In this document: positions 47,369-57,822 of the stretch, piece after piece
How positions within the stretch are numbered: the stretch's first letter is position 1
Layout of the letters: every line of letters starts with the position of its first letter
Source: Alphaproteobacteria bacterium
GTDB taxonomy: Bacteria > Pseudomonadota > Alphaproteobacteria > SP197
Length of the DNA: 64,000 nt
Assembly: GCA_965228895.1 (NCBI GenBank)
Contig: OZ245842.1
Coordinates: forward strand, 1,440,001-1,504,000
Direction: 5' to 3'
Notes under the pieces: generated by a model
Told to the model about the DNA's origin: nothing
The model's database searches: none
Seen by the model: only the letters and a program-made list of their open reading frames with translations
Translations under genes and position numbers: made by a program

Positions 47369-48139
47369 ATGAATGAAAGCAATCCCATTGATCAGCCAGG
47401 ACCATGGCCGGTCAGGTCCCCCATCAAAGCGCCCAAGCTGGGCGATCGAATCTACGAACAAATTGTCGAGCGCATTGTGTCCGGCTCCCTTCCCGAAGGG
47501 TCGCGCCTGCCGTCGGAGCACGACTTCTGCCGCATGTTCGAGGTCTCGCGCCCCGTCGTGCGTGAAGCGCTGGCGCGGCTCAGAGCTGACGGCATCGTCG
47601 ACTCGCGTCAGGGCTCTGGAAGCTATGTACGGCGACGACCCGCCAATGAGCTTCTGAGCTACGCGCCCTGCGGCAACGTCGCGCAGCTGCTGCGATGTTT
47701 CGAGTTCCGCGTGGCGCTGGAGGGCGAGGCGGCCGCGCTTGCCGCGACTCGGCGCACGGCGAGCCAGCTAAGGGCGATCAGAATGTCACATCGCGATTTC
47801 GATTCGGCCGTCAACCAAGGCCGTATCGGCAAGACGTCTGACCTGGAGTTCCACCTCAACATCGCGCGCGCCAGCGGGAACGATCTGTTCGCGGAGACGA
47901 TGGAAAGCCTGCTCGACGATATCGGCCAAGGCATGGATCTCGCCCGGACGCTCGATGCAAAGAAACAGCAGGAGCGTGTTCTGATTGTGCGCCAGGAACA
48001 CGATGCCATCATGTCGGCGATTGAAGACGGTGATGCCGACCGTGCGCGCGTCGCGATGCGCGCCCATGTCGGTAATGCGCAACGTCGCGTTGTCGGCCAC
48101 ATGGTGCCGACTGAGAACATGCCTGACGACATCGACTGA
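47369..48139 (+). CDS. GntR/FadR-family transcriptional regulator
   Basis: RLPSE, VSRPVVREAL, SRQGSGSYV, DLEFH, EH.AI. Confidence 0.92.
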   Translation: MNESNPIDQPGPWPVRSPIKAPKLGDRIYEQIVERIVSGSLPEGSRLPSEHDFCRMFEVSRPVVREALARLRADGIVDSRQGSGSYVRRRPANELLSYAPCGNVAQLLRCFEFRVALEGEAAALAATRRTASQLRAIRMSHRDFDSAVNQGRIGKTSDLEFHLNIARASGNDLFAETMESLLDDIGQGMDLARTLDAKKQQERVLIVRQEHDAIMSAIEDGDADRARVAMRAHVGNAQRRVVGHMVPTENMPDDID

Positions 48140-48230
48140 TTGTCGCGCCGCCCAAGCTTCCCGCAGTCATGGCTTGCCGCGACCAAGCGGTATGGTGTGC
48201 AATGGCGTCAGATAAGCTTGGTGGGGACGC

Positions 48231-50270
48231 ATGGTTAATCTGGTTGCTGCCGGCGGTGACCTCAACATCGCCAATCATTTTCCGTGCGCAGTCCGCGAGA
48301 TGGAGCATGTCTGGATCCCGATGTCGGACGGGGTCAGACTTGCCGCGCGCATCTGGTTGCCGGACGATGCCGAGGCCAACCCGGTGCCGGCTATTGTCGA
48401 GTACATTCCCTATCGCAAGCGCGACTTCACCCTGCCGCGCGATGAACTGATTCATCCCTGGTATGCCGGTCACGGTTACGCTGCGATCCGCCTGGACATT
48501 CGCGGCTCCGGCGATTCCGAGGGCCTGCCGATGGACGAGTACGTCGCCCGGGAGCAGGACGACATGCTGGAAGCGCTGGCGTGGATCGCAGCCCAGCCCT
48601 GGTGCTCCGGTTCGATCGGTATGATCGGCATTTCCTGGGGCGGGTTTAGTGGCCTTCAGGTCGCCATGCGGCGCCCGCCCGAACTGAAAGCCGTCGTGAC
48701 TTTGTGTTCGACGGACGATCGCTATGCCGACGACGTCCACTACATGGGTGGCTGTCTGCTGCGCAACAATCTGGCATGGGGCGGTCAGAGCCTTGCCTAT
48801 TCTGCTCGTCCACCTGACCCGGCGGTTGTCGGCGAGAAGTGGCGCGACATGTGGCGCGACCGCCTCGACAACCTGCCGTTCACGACCGCGGAGTGGATGA
48901 GCCATCCGACGCGCGATGCCTATTGGCGTCATGGTTCGGTCAACGAGGATTGGGATGCCATTCAATGCCCGGTCTATGCGGTGACCGGCTGGGCCGACGG
49001 ATACACCAACACGGCGTTGCGTTTGATGGCGGGCCTTAAGGTGCCACGCCGCTGCCTGATCGGCCCATGGGCCCATGGCTATCCGCATATCGCGGCGCCG
49101 GGCCCGGCAATCGGATTTCTGCAGGAAACGCTGCGCTGGTGGGATCGCTGGCTGAAAGATCAGGAGAACGGCATCGATGACGAGCCGATGGTGCGGTTGT
49201 GGCTGCAAGAACCGGCAGCGCCCGCCGCGAGCCACGCTGAACGGCCGGGCCGCTGGATCACCCAGACCGCGTGGCCCGCGCCGGACGTCGTCTGGCGAAG
49301 CCTGCCGCTCGGTGACGGCACACTCGGTGTTGCGGGTGTGGGTAGCGTCGACATCAAGACACCCCTATCGCTCGGCACGATGACGGGTGAGTGGAATCCC
49401 CACGGCATTGGTCCGGAACTGCCGCTTGATCAACGGCCAGACGACGCTATGGCCGTTTTCTGGGACGGGGAACCGCTTGAGGCCGACCTGAGTGTCGTCG
49501 GCACGCCAAAGCTTCGTGTTCGTGTCAGCGTCGATCAACCTGTGGCCAGTCTGGTCGCTCGATTGTGTGCCGTAGCGCCGGATGGCGTGTCGACACTGGT
49601 GTCGTGGGGTGCGCTGAACCTGACCCGTCGTGATAGTCACGAGAATCCGGAGGCGCTGATCCCTGGTGAAGACTATGAGGTCACGGTCACCATGAACGCG
49701 ATCGCGCAGACATTTGCTAAGGGAAGCCGTCTGCGCCTGGCGCTATCGACGGGATCGTGGCCGCTGCTGTGGCCGGCGCCGGCAGAAGCGACCGTCTATC
49801 TTGATTTGTCGGCAGGCGAGCTGGATTTGCCGGTCTGGCCGGACGGGGCAGGGGAATCGGCACTGCCGGACTTCGCACCGGCCGAAATCCCGCCGCCACC
49901 GGCGCTAACCTGGCTGCGCGAATTCGGCCGCGTTCGCCGGTTTGATCGCGACCTTGCCAGCGGGCGCGTCGAACTGGTTTTGGATAAAGACGACGGCGCC
50001 TATCGCATCGATCGTCACGGCATGGAGGTTGACGCCCAGGGCAGCGAACGCCAGTGGATTAGCGACGGCGACCCGTTGTCTGGTGGTGGTGAGGTATCGT
50101 GGCGTATCGCACAACGACGCGGTGATTGGGATGTCGCCATCGAAGCCACGACGACCGTGACGGCCGACGCCGAGAGCTTTCTCGTCGAGGCTGACATCCG
50201 CGCGGAAGAGGCGGGCGCCGAAATCTACAGTCGCCAGCTTTCGCGGCGCATACCACGTGTTCTCGCATGA
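48231..50270 (+). CDS. CocE/NonD (peptidase S15) hydrolase
   Basis: EYIPYRKRD, GISWGG, DDRYADDVHY, GPWAH. Confidence 0.9.
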   Translation: MVNLVAAGGDLNIANHFPCAVREMEHVWIPMSDGVRLAARIWLPDDAEANPVPAIVEYIPYRKRDFTLPRDELIHPWYAGHGYAAIRLDIRGSGDSEGLPMDEYVAREQDDMLEALAWIAAQPWCSGSIGMIGISWGGFSGLQVAMRRPPELKAVVTLCSTDDRYADDVHYMGGCLLRNNLAWGGQSLAYSARPPDPAVVGEKWRDMWRDRLDNLPFTTAEWMSHPTRDAYWRHGSVNEDWDAIQCPVYAVTGWADGYTNTALRLMAGLKVPRRCLIGPWAHGYPHIAAPGPAIGFLQETLRWWDRWLKDQENGIDDEPMVRLWLQEPAAPAASHAERPGRWITQTAWPAPDVVWRSLPLGDGTLGVAGVGSVDIKTPLSLGTMTGEWNPHGIGPELPLDQRPDDAMAVFWDGEPLEADLSVVGTPKLRVRVSVDQPVASLVARLCAVAPDGVSTLVSWGALNLTRRDSHENPEALIPGEDYEVTVTMNAIAQTFAKGSRLRLALSTGSWPLLWPAPAEATVYLDLSAGELDLPVWPDGAGESALPDFAPAEIPPPPALTWLREFGRVRRFDRDLASGRVELVLDKDDGAYRIDRHGMEVDAQGSERQWISDGDPLSGGGEVSWRIAQRRGDWDVAIEATTTVTADAESFLVEADIRAEEAGAEIYSRQLSRRIPRVLA

Positions 50271-50283
50271 CGGCATTTGTGCG

Positions 50284-50318
50284 GAAAGAAAAGGGCCGGT
50301 CGCTGGCGACCGGCCCTT
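50284..50318 (-). terminator. Rho-independent terminator of the SBP gene
   Basis: AAGGGCCGGTCGC/GCGACCGGCCCTT hairpin with U-rich tail on the minus strand. Confidence 0.8.
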
Positions 50319-50341
50319 GCCACACGTGATGCTGACGTCGA

Positions 50342-51952
50342 TCAGGTCGACGCTTCGTCGAGCCAGACGTCTTCCCAGTACATCCAGCCGGCGAAACCAT
50401 GGGGATGGCCCTTAAGGTCCTTGACCCTGGCGCTGTAGCCATCGATCCAGTTGGTGAAGACCGGTGTTACCGTTGAACCCTCGTCGCGCATGATCATCTG
50501 AATGTCGCGATACATTTCCTTACGCAGGTCCGTATCGGTCGTCTTGCGCGCTTCGAGCACCAAGTTGTCGAACTTTTCGTTCGACCAGAAGCTCTCGTTC
50601 CACGCGCCGCCGGTGATGTAGGCGATGGAGAGCATCAGGTCGGCGGTCGGGCGGCCATACCAGGATGAACCGCACCAGGGTGCCACCATCCACACGGCAC
50701 TCCAATAGCCGTCCGAGGGTACTTTCTTGACGTTCACTTTCAGGCCCGATTCGCGCATCAGTTCCGCCATCACGACGGTGGCGTTGGCGCCGCCGAAGTT
50801 GGCATCGGATGCGTTGATTTCGAACTCCGTATTCTCCATGCCGGCTTCTTTTAGATAGAACGCGACCTTATCGGGGTCACGCGGCAATGCTTCGACATCG
50901 GCGGCGAAGAACGGATCAAACTCGGGGATCGGATGATCGCGCCCGACCACGCCGTTACCGCCCCAGGCCAGATCCAGCATGCGCTGACGGTCGACGGCGT
51001 GTTTGATCGCCAGCCTGACATTGTTGTCGGAATAGGGCGCGGTATCCGCGCGCATCGGATAGGTCGGATGCGCGCCGCCGGGCTGGTTGAGCACATGTGC
51101 GTTGTCCGATGCTTCGACCTCGGCCATCAACTGCGGATCGAGTGCGGTGATAATGTCGACTTCGTCGGCCAGCAAAGCGTTGACGCGCGAGGCGTTATCG
51201 GGAATGCCGAACGTCTCGATCTCGTCGATGTAAGGCCTGCCGGTCCGGTGATAGTTGGGGTTGCGTTCAAACACCGCCGCGATGCCGGGTTCAAATTCGG
51301 CCACGCGCCAGGCGCCGGTGCCGACCGCTTGTCCGGCGGCATAGGCTTCGGTGTCCTGACCTTCCGGCTGAACCGTGAAGTGATACTCGGTCAGCAGATA
51401 GGGGATGTCGGCGTTGGGCGCCTTCATGTTGATAACGAGATGTTTATCGCCGTCGGCCACGATTGTGTCGACGTCGCCCAGATAGGCGTTAGCCGGCGAA
51501 CCGATGTCCGGATTCAGGTGGCGATTGAACGAGTAGGCGACATCGGCCGCCGTCATCGTCTTGCCGTTGTGGAATTCGACACCGTCCATCAGCTCGATGG
51601 TCCACACCGTGGCGTCGCTGTTGGACTCCCAGCTGGTTCCCAAATTGCCGACCAGACCTTGGTCGGGCAAGAAGTCGATCAGGCGATTGTAGAGCAGGCC
51701 GGCGCGCATGATATCGATGCCACCGACAATCTTCGCCGGATCAAGCGTGTCGCCCGCATGGCTGCCGGTCGACGCGACGCGCATGTAGCCGCCAGACTGG
51801 GGTTCGGCGGCTTGTGCTTCGGACATGGTCTGGCTGACGAACGTGCCCGCCGCAGCAGCGGTCAGGCCCATGCTCATCAGACCGGCATTGAAATCACGGC
51901 GCGACACTTTGCCTTTGAGGAACTCGCGCTTCAGTACATCCTTCTTATCCAT
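50342..51952 (-). CDS. Peptide/nickel (family 5) ABC substrate-binding protein
   Basis: Tat motif SRRDF; TLDP, GVEFHNGK, GTGAW, VRLAIKHAVDR. Confidence 0.92.
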   Translation of the reverse strand: MDKKDVLKREFLKGKVSRRDFNAGLMSMGLTAAAAGTFVSQTMSEAQAAEPQSGGYMRVASTGSHAGDTLDPAKIVGGIDIMRAGLLYNRLIDFLPDQGLVGNLGTSWESNSDATVWTIELMDGVEFHNGKTMTAADVAYSFNRHLNPDIGSPANAYLGDVDTIVADGDKHLVINMKAPNADIPYLLTEYHFTVQPEGQDTEAYAAGQAVGTGAWRVAEFEPGIAAVFERNPNYHRTGRPYIDEIETFGIPDNASRVNALLADEVDIITALDPQLMAEVEASDNAHVLNQPGGAHPTYPMRADTAPYSDNNVRLAIKHAVDRQRMLDLAWGGNGVVGRDHPIPEFDPFFAADVEALPRDPDKVAFYLKEAGMENTEFEINASDANFGGANATVVMAELMRESGLKVNVKKVPSDGYWSAVWMVAPWCGSSWYGRPTADLMLSIAYITGGAWNESFWSNEKFDNLVLEARKTTDTDLRKEMYRDIQMIMRDEGSTVTPVFTNWIDGYSARVKDLKGHPHGFAGWMYWEDVWLDEAST

Positions 51953-52080
51953 GAACAGCCTCCCTTGATCGGCTCGTTGTTCAGTTTGGGCACGTGCTTA
52001 AGGACCCATCATGGCCATCGTATGCCAATGGCTTCGTAATCGTCACACTTTTTGACAGGCAATGCGCTGATTGCGCGTGT

Positions 52081-53349
52081 CTATGCTGCGATCTTCAACC
52101 CTTTGGCGATCGCCTGCACTTGGTCGATGCCGCTCAGATAGGCGCCGTGGCATGTCGCAAAGAACGAGGTATGCGTGGCCTCGCCGGCGAAGAACACCGT
52201 GTTATCGACCGGCTTCGCGAGTTCGGCGCGCATGTGGCCGTTGCCCGGCGTGGCGCCGGAATAGGAGCCTAAAGTCCAGGGGTCACCTTCCCAGGCCGTG
52301 ACGATGACCCGATCCGATAGCGACGTCGCGATATCGCTGCCGAAGGCTTTGATCAGCCGCTCTGAGACATAGTCGACCGAGGCCTGCTGCCCCGACCGTT
52401 CAAGCCATGACCCGAAACGGCCGCCGGTCACGCCGCTGACGTAAGGATGCCCAAAGGGCCGAAGCTCAATGGCCATCGGCACATCGTCGCCTTCCAGCAT
52501 GATGGTGGCGTTGTCGTCGACATCCGGGCCAAAGGGGTCGTCGTTCAGCATGATGCCGATACGGTTGTGAACGCCGAGCGGCAGCGCCGCGATGGCGTCT
52601 TGTTTCCAATTTGGCAGCGATGGCGAGAACGTGATGGCACCTGAGGCTAAAACGTTCGTCGAGACGGTAACCAACACGCGCCGTGCGCGGACCGTACCCT
52701 TCGTCGACTCGACGGTAACGCCCGTGGTGTCCCACGATATGCGCGCGACCGGCGCGTTCAGCGTCACCGGTACGTCGGCGGCCCACGTTGCCACCAGCGC
52801 GCCGAAACCTTCTCTCAAAGGCCAGTTTTCCTCGGTGTCGTTGTAGGCGACGTTATCGACGATGGAGGTTTGGTCGATATCGCGCGAGGTACCGAGCGAG
52901 AACCAGTAAGCGATATAGGGTGCCCATGGGCTATCGAGGTCGACATAGTCGGCGACCGCAACGTCTTTGCCGTCTTCGACCGCCGCCTCGATGGCATCTT
53001 CCATGGCTTCTTCGGCGGCCTCCAGCTCGGCCAGTTTGTCTTTGGACAACCAGGTGCCGCGTTCAAAGACCGACGAGTGCCACTCGTTGTCTCGCTCAAA
53101 ATGGAAACCTTCGCGTTCGGCGATCGCGACGAACGGATTGAGGCTGGCCGAATGCATCCAATGACAGCCCAAATCGAACGGCACGCCTGTCGCGAACTCC
53201 TCGGTATAGGCGCGTCCGCCAATGCGATGCGAGGCTTCCAGCAGCGTGAAGGTAAGGCCCAGCTTCTGCGCCTCCTTGGCTGCGGCCAGTCCGGCCGCGC
53301 CCGCGCCGACAATCACCAGATCGACATCCGTAGACATTTCATCACCCAT
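52081..53349 (-). CDS. Flavin monoamine oxidase family protein
   Basis: GAGAAG, EASHRIGGRA, DLGCHW, DPWTLGSYS, FAGEAT, HGAYLSG. Confidence 0.88.
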   Translation of the reverse strand: MGDEMSTDVDLVIVGAGAAGLAAAKEAQKLGLTFTLLEASHRIGGRAYTEEFATGVPFDLGCHWMHSASLNPFVAIAEREGFHFERDNEWHSSVFERGTWLSKDKLAELEAAEEAMEDAIEAAVEDGKDVAVADYVDLDSPWAPYIAYWFSLGTSRDIDQTSIVDNVAYNDTEENWPLREGFGALVATWAADVPVTLNAPVARISWDTTGVTVESTKGTVRARRVLVTVSTNVLASGAITFSPSLPNWKQDAIAALPLGVHNRIGIMLNDDPFGPDVDDNATIMLEGDDVPMAIELRPFGHPYVSGVTGGRFGSWLERSGQQASVDYVSERLIKAFGSDIATSLSDRVIVTAWEGDPWTLGSYSGATPGNGHMRAELAKPVDNTVFFAGEATHTSFFATCHGAYLSGIDQVQAIAKGLKIAA

Positions 53350-53459
53350 TCTGTGCTTGTTCCTACACCGTAGAGCAAAATTTCCGGCAGGTAAATTCAG
53401 CTCATGCGGCGTATCCCATGCTGGATTAGGCTGTGGCTGTCAGTCCAGGCGGGGGTGTC

Positions 53460-54554
53460 ATGCGCATCGACTCCATCACCGGTTACGCCATTCGTTTTCC
53501 GTTTCTTGGCGGAAGTTTCGCGACCTCCTACGGCAGGCGCACGGCGCTCGCGAACATTCTGCTTGTGATTGGCGCCGACGATGGGCTCGAGGGGTTCGGT
53601 GAGGTTTGCCAGCTCAGCACGGTCACGCCGACGCCGCTAGACGATGATGAGGTCAAAGGGGCGGCCAAGGCCTGCCGGAACCTTATCGGTCTGGAGTCGC
53701 GCGATATCGTCGCGGCAGCCGGGGCGCTTGGCCCCGATGTGCCGTCCAATCTGCGTTGCGGTGTTGATACGGCGCTGTGGGATATGATGGGGCGGCGCAC
53801 CGGCCAGCCGCTGTATCGTCTGTTTGGCGGGCGTGCCGATGAGCAGACGGCGATCTATGCGACACTGAGCAGTGAGGCGCCCGATCACGTTGCGCGAGGC
53901 GCCGAGGTCGCGCGTCAAAAGGGTGTCAGCCGTTTCCAGCTAAAGATCGAAGGGCACCCCGGCCGCGATATCGCGCGTATCGAAGCGCTGGCCGCATCTT
54001 TGCGTTCTGACGAGGAAGCCCTGGCTGACGCCAATGGTGGTCTTGATGTTGAAGGCGCTCTTGCCGTTGCCAAGGCAGCCAAAAAAGGCGGCATCATGAT
54101 CGAAGAACCGTGCGCCACGTATGAGGAGAACCTAGAGGTCGCCCGCGCCAGCGCGTGTCCGGTTGTACTGGACCAGTGCATGAACACACCGGCCATGTAT
54201 GTCCGCGCGATTGCCGCACAAACGTTCGCCGGTGTCGGCGTCAAGCCGACCAATCTGGGTGGTCTCTCGGTCGCTCGTACCGTGCGTGACCTGTGCATCG
54301 CCGCTGATCTGCCCATGAAGATCGATGACATGTGGGCCGGCGATGCGGGCTCTCTGGGCGTCCTCCATCTCGCCGCTGGCGTCCCGCGGGATTTGCTTCT
54401 GTCATCGGTCGATATGCGCGCCTATTTCGACGGCGCCATGTTCTCCGGCGGTCCGGTCGCCGCGGACGGCATGATCGCGTTGGCCGATGCGCCCGGCCTT
54501 GGGCTGTCTCCCTTGCGCGAACGGTTCGGCGAACCACTGTTCTCGGTCGCATGA
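53460..54554 (+). CDS. Enolase-superfamily enzyme (HpbD / cis-3-hydroxyproline dehydratase-like)
   Basis: GFGEVC, DTALWD, FQLK, ADANGG, EEPC, LDQ, DDMWAGD, APGLG. Confidence 0.8.
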   Translation: MRIDSITGYAIRFPFLGGSFATSYGRRTALANILLVIGADDGLEGFGEVCQLSTVTPTPLDDDEVKGAAKACRNLIGLESRDIVAAAGALGPDVPSNLRCGVDTALWDMMGRRTGQPLYRLFGGRADEQTAIYATLSSEAPDHVARGAEVARQKGVSRFQLKIEGHPGRDIARIEALAASLRSDEEALADANGGLDVEGALAVAKAAKKGGIMIEEPCATYEENLEVARASACPVVLDQCMNTPAMYVRAIAAQTFAGVGVKPTNLGGLSVARTVRDLCIAADLPMKIDDMWAGDAGSLGVLHLAAGVPRDLLLSSVDMRAYFDGAMFSGGPVAADGMIALADAPGLGLSPLRERFGEPLFSVA

Positions 54555-54741
54555 GCCGAGGCCGCGGCGGGGTTGGTGCCGTGTCCTGCCGGGCGTTAGG
54601 ATGGTTTTTGCGGTAGGCGGGCTGCGCAGCTACTCTGGGGCGGAAATCATGCGGTATCTGGCGTCGTAATCATGCTGATTGAAGGCAGGCTGGATGCTGC
54701 ATAGGTTCAGGCGTCATCGAAACCCAGGCGACCATCACGGC

Positions 54742-55806
54742 ATGAAACCGATTCGAGACTGGTTCAAGCAGACCTTTTCCGACCCGCAGGTGCTGCTGCT
54801 GACCATTATTCTGATCGTCGTTCTGGTGGCGATCATCTTTGTCGCCAACATGGTCGCGCCGGTCATCGCTGCCCTGGTCATTGCCTTTTTGCTCGATGGA
54901 CTGGTGGAACGCCTGAAACGCATCGGCGTCAGTCACATTGTTGCCGTCAGTTTTGTCTTTATCGCATTTATGCTGGCCACGTTGCTGTTCATCCTTGGCC
55001 TGATGCCGGTCTTGATCCGTCAGGTCGGTGAGTTCTTCCAGCAGACTCCGGCGATGATGGCTGAGTTTCAGCGTCTGCTCCTGCAACTGCCCGAGCAGTA
55101 TCCGGATTTTGTGACCGAGGAGCAGGTGCGCGGTTTCATCGCCGATCTCGGGCGCTCCGTCGTTGGCGCTGCCAGGGTCCTGCCATCGTTTGCCGGTACG
55201 TCGGTGGTGACTCTGCTGACCGCCATTGTCTACATCATCCTGGTCCTGCTCTTGGTCTTTTTCATGATCAAGGACAAGATCAAGATCACCGAGTGGGTCG
55301 AAGGGTTTCTACCGCGTGACCGTGACCTGACAACCGATGTCTGGCGTCAGGTAAACCGCCAGATCGGCAACTACGTCCGCGGCAAGTTCTGGGAAATCCT
55401 TATTGTTGGCGTGGTTACTTATGTTGTCTTCGCCGCGCTGGGTGTGAATTTCAGTGCGTTGCTGGCTGTCATCACCGGTCTTTCCGTTCTGATCCCCTAT
55501 GTCGGTGCAGCAGCGGTTACGGTGCCGGTGGCCGTCGTCGGTTTTGTGCAGTGGGGCACCAGCATGGACTTTCTCTACGTCATGGTGGCCTATGGCATCA
55601 TCCAAGCGCTTGACGGCAACCTCCTGGCGCCGCTCCTGTTCAGCGAGGTCGTTGACCTGCATCCGATCGCCATCATTGTTGCGATCCTGGTATTCGGCGG
55701 GTTGTGGGGCTTTTGGGGCGTCTTTTTCGCGATCCCGCTGGCTACTGTCGTTCAGGCGGTGCTCAGGGCTTGGCCCAGAACATCGGCATGGCGAAAGCCG
55801 ATCTGA
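54742..55806 (+). CDS. AI-2E family transporter (PerM-like)
   Basis: FSDPQ, QIGNYVRGK, LIPYVGA, QALDGNLL.PLLFSE, LHP, GGLWGFWGVFFAIPLA. Confidence 0.9.
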   Translation: MKPIRDWFKQTFSDPQVLLLTIILIVVLVAIIFVANMVAPVIAALVIAFLLDGLVERLKRIGVSHIVAVSFVFIAFMLATLLFILGLMPVLIRQVGEFFQQTPAMMAEFQRLLLQLPEQYPDFVTEEQVRGFIADLGRSVVGAARVLPSFAGTSVVTLLTAIVYIILVLLLVFFMIKDKIKITEWVEGFLPRDRDLTTDVWRQVNRQIGNYVRGKFWEILIVGVVTYVVFAALGVNFSALLAVITGLSVLIPYVGAAAVTVPVAVVGFVQWGTSMDFLYVMVAYGIIQALDGNLLAPLLFSEVVDLHPIAIIVAILVFGGLWGFWGVFFAIPLATVVQAVLRAWPRTSAWRKPI

Positions 55807-55999
55807 CGGTCTGGGTCTCGAGCATTTGCATAGGCCATTGGCGATAGCAAAAACCCGATAGCCGTTGCGATTGGTGGAGTGCTCTGCAAGACTTCCGCGC
55901 GCGCACACGAGTGCGCCCAGAGCCGAACGAAAACGGGAGGCGGCGTTAAGCTGGCGCAACGACGCCAGGTTTCAACCGTCGCGAAGGGCAAACGCATAG

Positions 56000-56947
56000 G
56001 TGTTCAAGCTCATAGTCAGGCGCCTGTTATTGGGTGCCGTAACCCTTCTGGCCATCTCGGTCCTGGTGTTCGTTGGGACTGAGTTGCTGCCCGGCGACGT
56101 CGCCCAGGCCGTGCTTGGCCAGTCGGCGACCGAAGAAACGGTCGCCGCTCTGCGTGCCCAGCTCGGACTCGATCGGCCGCCGCATGTTCGTTACTTCGAT
56201 TGGCTCGGCTCGATCCTCAGCGGCAATCTGGGCGTTGCGCTGACCAACGGCATGCCGCTGGAACGCATTGTCGGTCAGCGGCTTGAGAATACGATCTATC
56301 TGGCGCTCTATGCCGCGGTCGTCGCCATTCCGCTGTCGCTGTTGCTTGGTCTGCTGTGCGCCGCCTATCCCGAGAGCTCGTTCGACAGGTCGGTGTCGTC
56401 GACGACGGTCTTCTTCATCTCGATCCCCGACTTCGTCATCGCCGTCGTCCTGGTGATGATCTTCGCGGTTGAGCTCGGCTGGTTCTCTGCGACCATCCAC
56501 CGGCCGCGCTGGGATAACGTTTTCACCACGCTGGGCCAGACATTCCTGCCCATGGTTACGCTGGTCTTGTCTTTGCTGGCCCATGTCATCCGTATGACGC
56601 GGGCGGCCGTCCTGGATGTCTTGAAGCAGGCCTATGTGGAGATGGCGATCCTGAAGGGCGCGTCGAAGTCGCGCATCATCATCAAACACGCCATCCCCAA
56701 TGCGCTCGGGCCTATCGTGAACGTCGTCGCGCTCAACCTGGGTTACCTGATCAGCGGCGTTGTCGTGGTCGAGGTCATCTTCACCTATCCGGGCCTCGGC
56801 CGGTTGATGGTGGACTCCGTCGTCTTCCGCGATGTCCCGCAAATTCAGATCGTCGCCATGGTGTTCTGCGCGTTCTATGTCGCACTCAACATTCTCGCCG
56901 ATATCGGCGCGATCATGGCCAACCCGCGCCTGAGGTACGCCAAATGA
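56000..56947 (+). CDS. Peptide ABC permease (DppB/OppB-like)
   Basis: LLPGDVA, LGLDRP, YVEMAILKG, HAIPNA, VEVIFTYPGLG. Confidence 0.92.
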   Translation: MFKLIVRRLLLGAVTLLAISVLVFVGTELLPGDVAQAVLGQSATEETVAALRAQLGLDRPPHVRYFDWLGSILSGNLGVALTNGMPLERIVGQRLENTIYLALYAAVVAIPLSLLLGLLCAAYPESSFDRSVSSTTVFFISIPDFVIAVVLVMIFAVELGWFSATIHRPRWDNVFTTLGQTFLPMVTLVLSLLAHVIRMTRAAVLDVLKQAYVEMAILKGASKSRIIIKHAIPNALGPIVNVVALNLGYLISGVVVVEVIFTYPGLGRLMVDSVVFRDVPQIQIVAMVFCAFYVALNILADIGAIMANPRLRYAK

Positions 56948-57822
56948 CCGACACCACGGCACCACGCGCGGTACCGCGCAAACGCAGCAAGCGGGCACGG
57001 CCGAAGCCCGATGCCTGGGCCTGGGCCGGCATCGTTATCGTCATTCTCGGCCTCGTTCTGGCGCTGATCGGGCCCTTGTTGGCGCCCTATAATGTCGGCC
57101 AGATCGTCGGCGGCGTGTTTGATCGGCCCAACGACCAGACCCTTTTGGGCACCGATGTGCTGGGCCGCGATATCCTCACGCGGTTGCTCTACGGTGCGCA
57201 GCTAACTGTGGGTGTCGCACTGGCAGCGACGGTCATGGGGTTCCTGCTGGGCATGGCGGTCGGTTTCTCGGCTGCCGAGATTCGCGGCCGCTACGATGAC
57301 TTCGTCACATGGCTGCTCGATGTCTTCCTGTCGTTCCCGCCTATCCTGTTGGCGCTGATCGTCATTGCCGCGCTGTCGTCTGATCTGTGGGTCCTGATCT
57401 GCACCATCGCGGTCATCCACGCCTCGCGTGTTGGCCGGGTCGGCCGGGCCGTCGCCATGAACATTGCCGCACTGGAGTTTGTCGAGGTCGCGCGTGCGCG
57501 CGGCGAGAAGCTAACATCGATCCTGGTGCGCGAGATCTGGCCATCGACCATCAGACCTTTGGCCGTCGAGTTCGGTCTGCGCTTGACCTATTCGATCCTC
57601 TTCCTGTCGAGCTTGAGCTTCCTTGGGCTCGGCATCCAACCACCCGACGCGGACTGGGGCAGCATGGTGCGCGAGAACCTGAACGCGCTGCAAAGGGGAA
57701 CCTATATCGCGGTGCTGGCGCCAGCGTTTTCGATCGCCATTTTGACCGTCGGCGTCAACCTGATCGTCGACTGGCTTGGCAGCCAGTCCGGCCGCTCGAT
57801 CTCGAAGGAACTCACCGGGTGA
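56944..57822 (+). CDS. Peptide ABC permease (DppC/OppC-like)
   Basis: LGTDVLGRD, FVEVARARGE, LSFLGLGIQPP.ADWG. Confidence 0.92.
   Translation: MTDTTAPRAVPRKRSKRARPKPDAWAWAGIVIVILGLVLALIGPLLAPYNVGQIVGGVFDRPNDQTLLGTDVLGRDILTRLLYGAQLTVGVALAATVMGFLLGMAVGFSAAEIRGRYDDFVTWLLDVFLSFPPILLALIVIAALSSDLWVLICTIAVIHASRVGRVGRAVAMNIAALEFVEVARARGEKLTSILVREIWPSTIRPLAVEFGLRLTYSILFLSSLSFLGLGIQPPDADWGSMVRENLNALQRGTYIAVLAPAFSIAILTVGVNLIVDWLGSQSGRSISKELTG

Noticed and set aside
52010-52030. Sigma54-like TGGCAT motif upstream of the SBP gene
   Set aside because: No correctly spaced -12 TTGC element.
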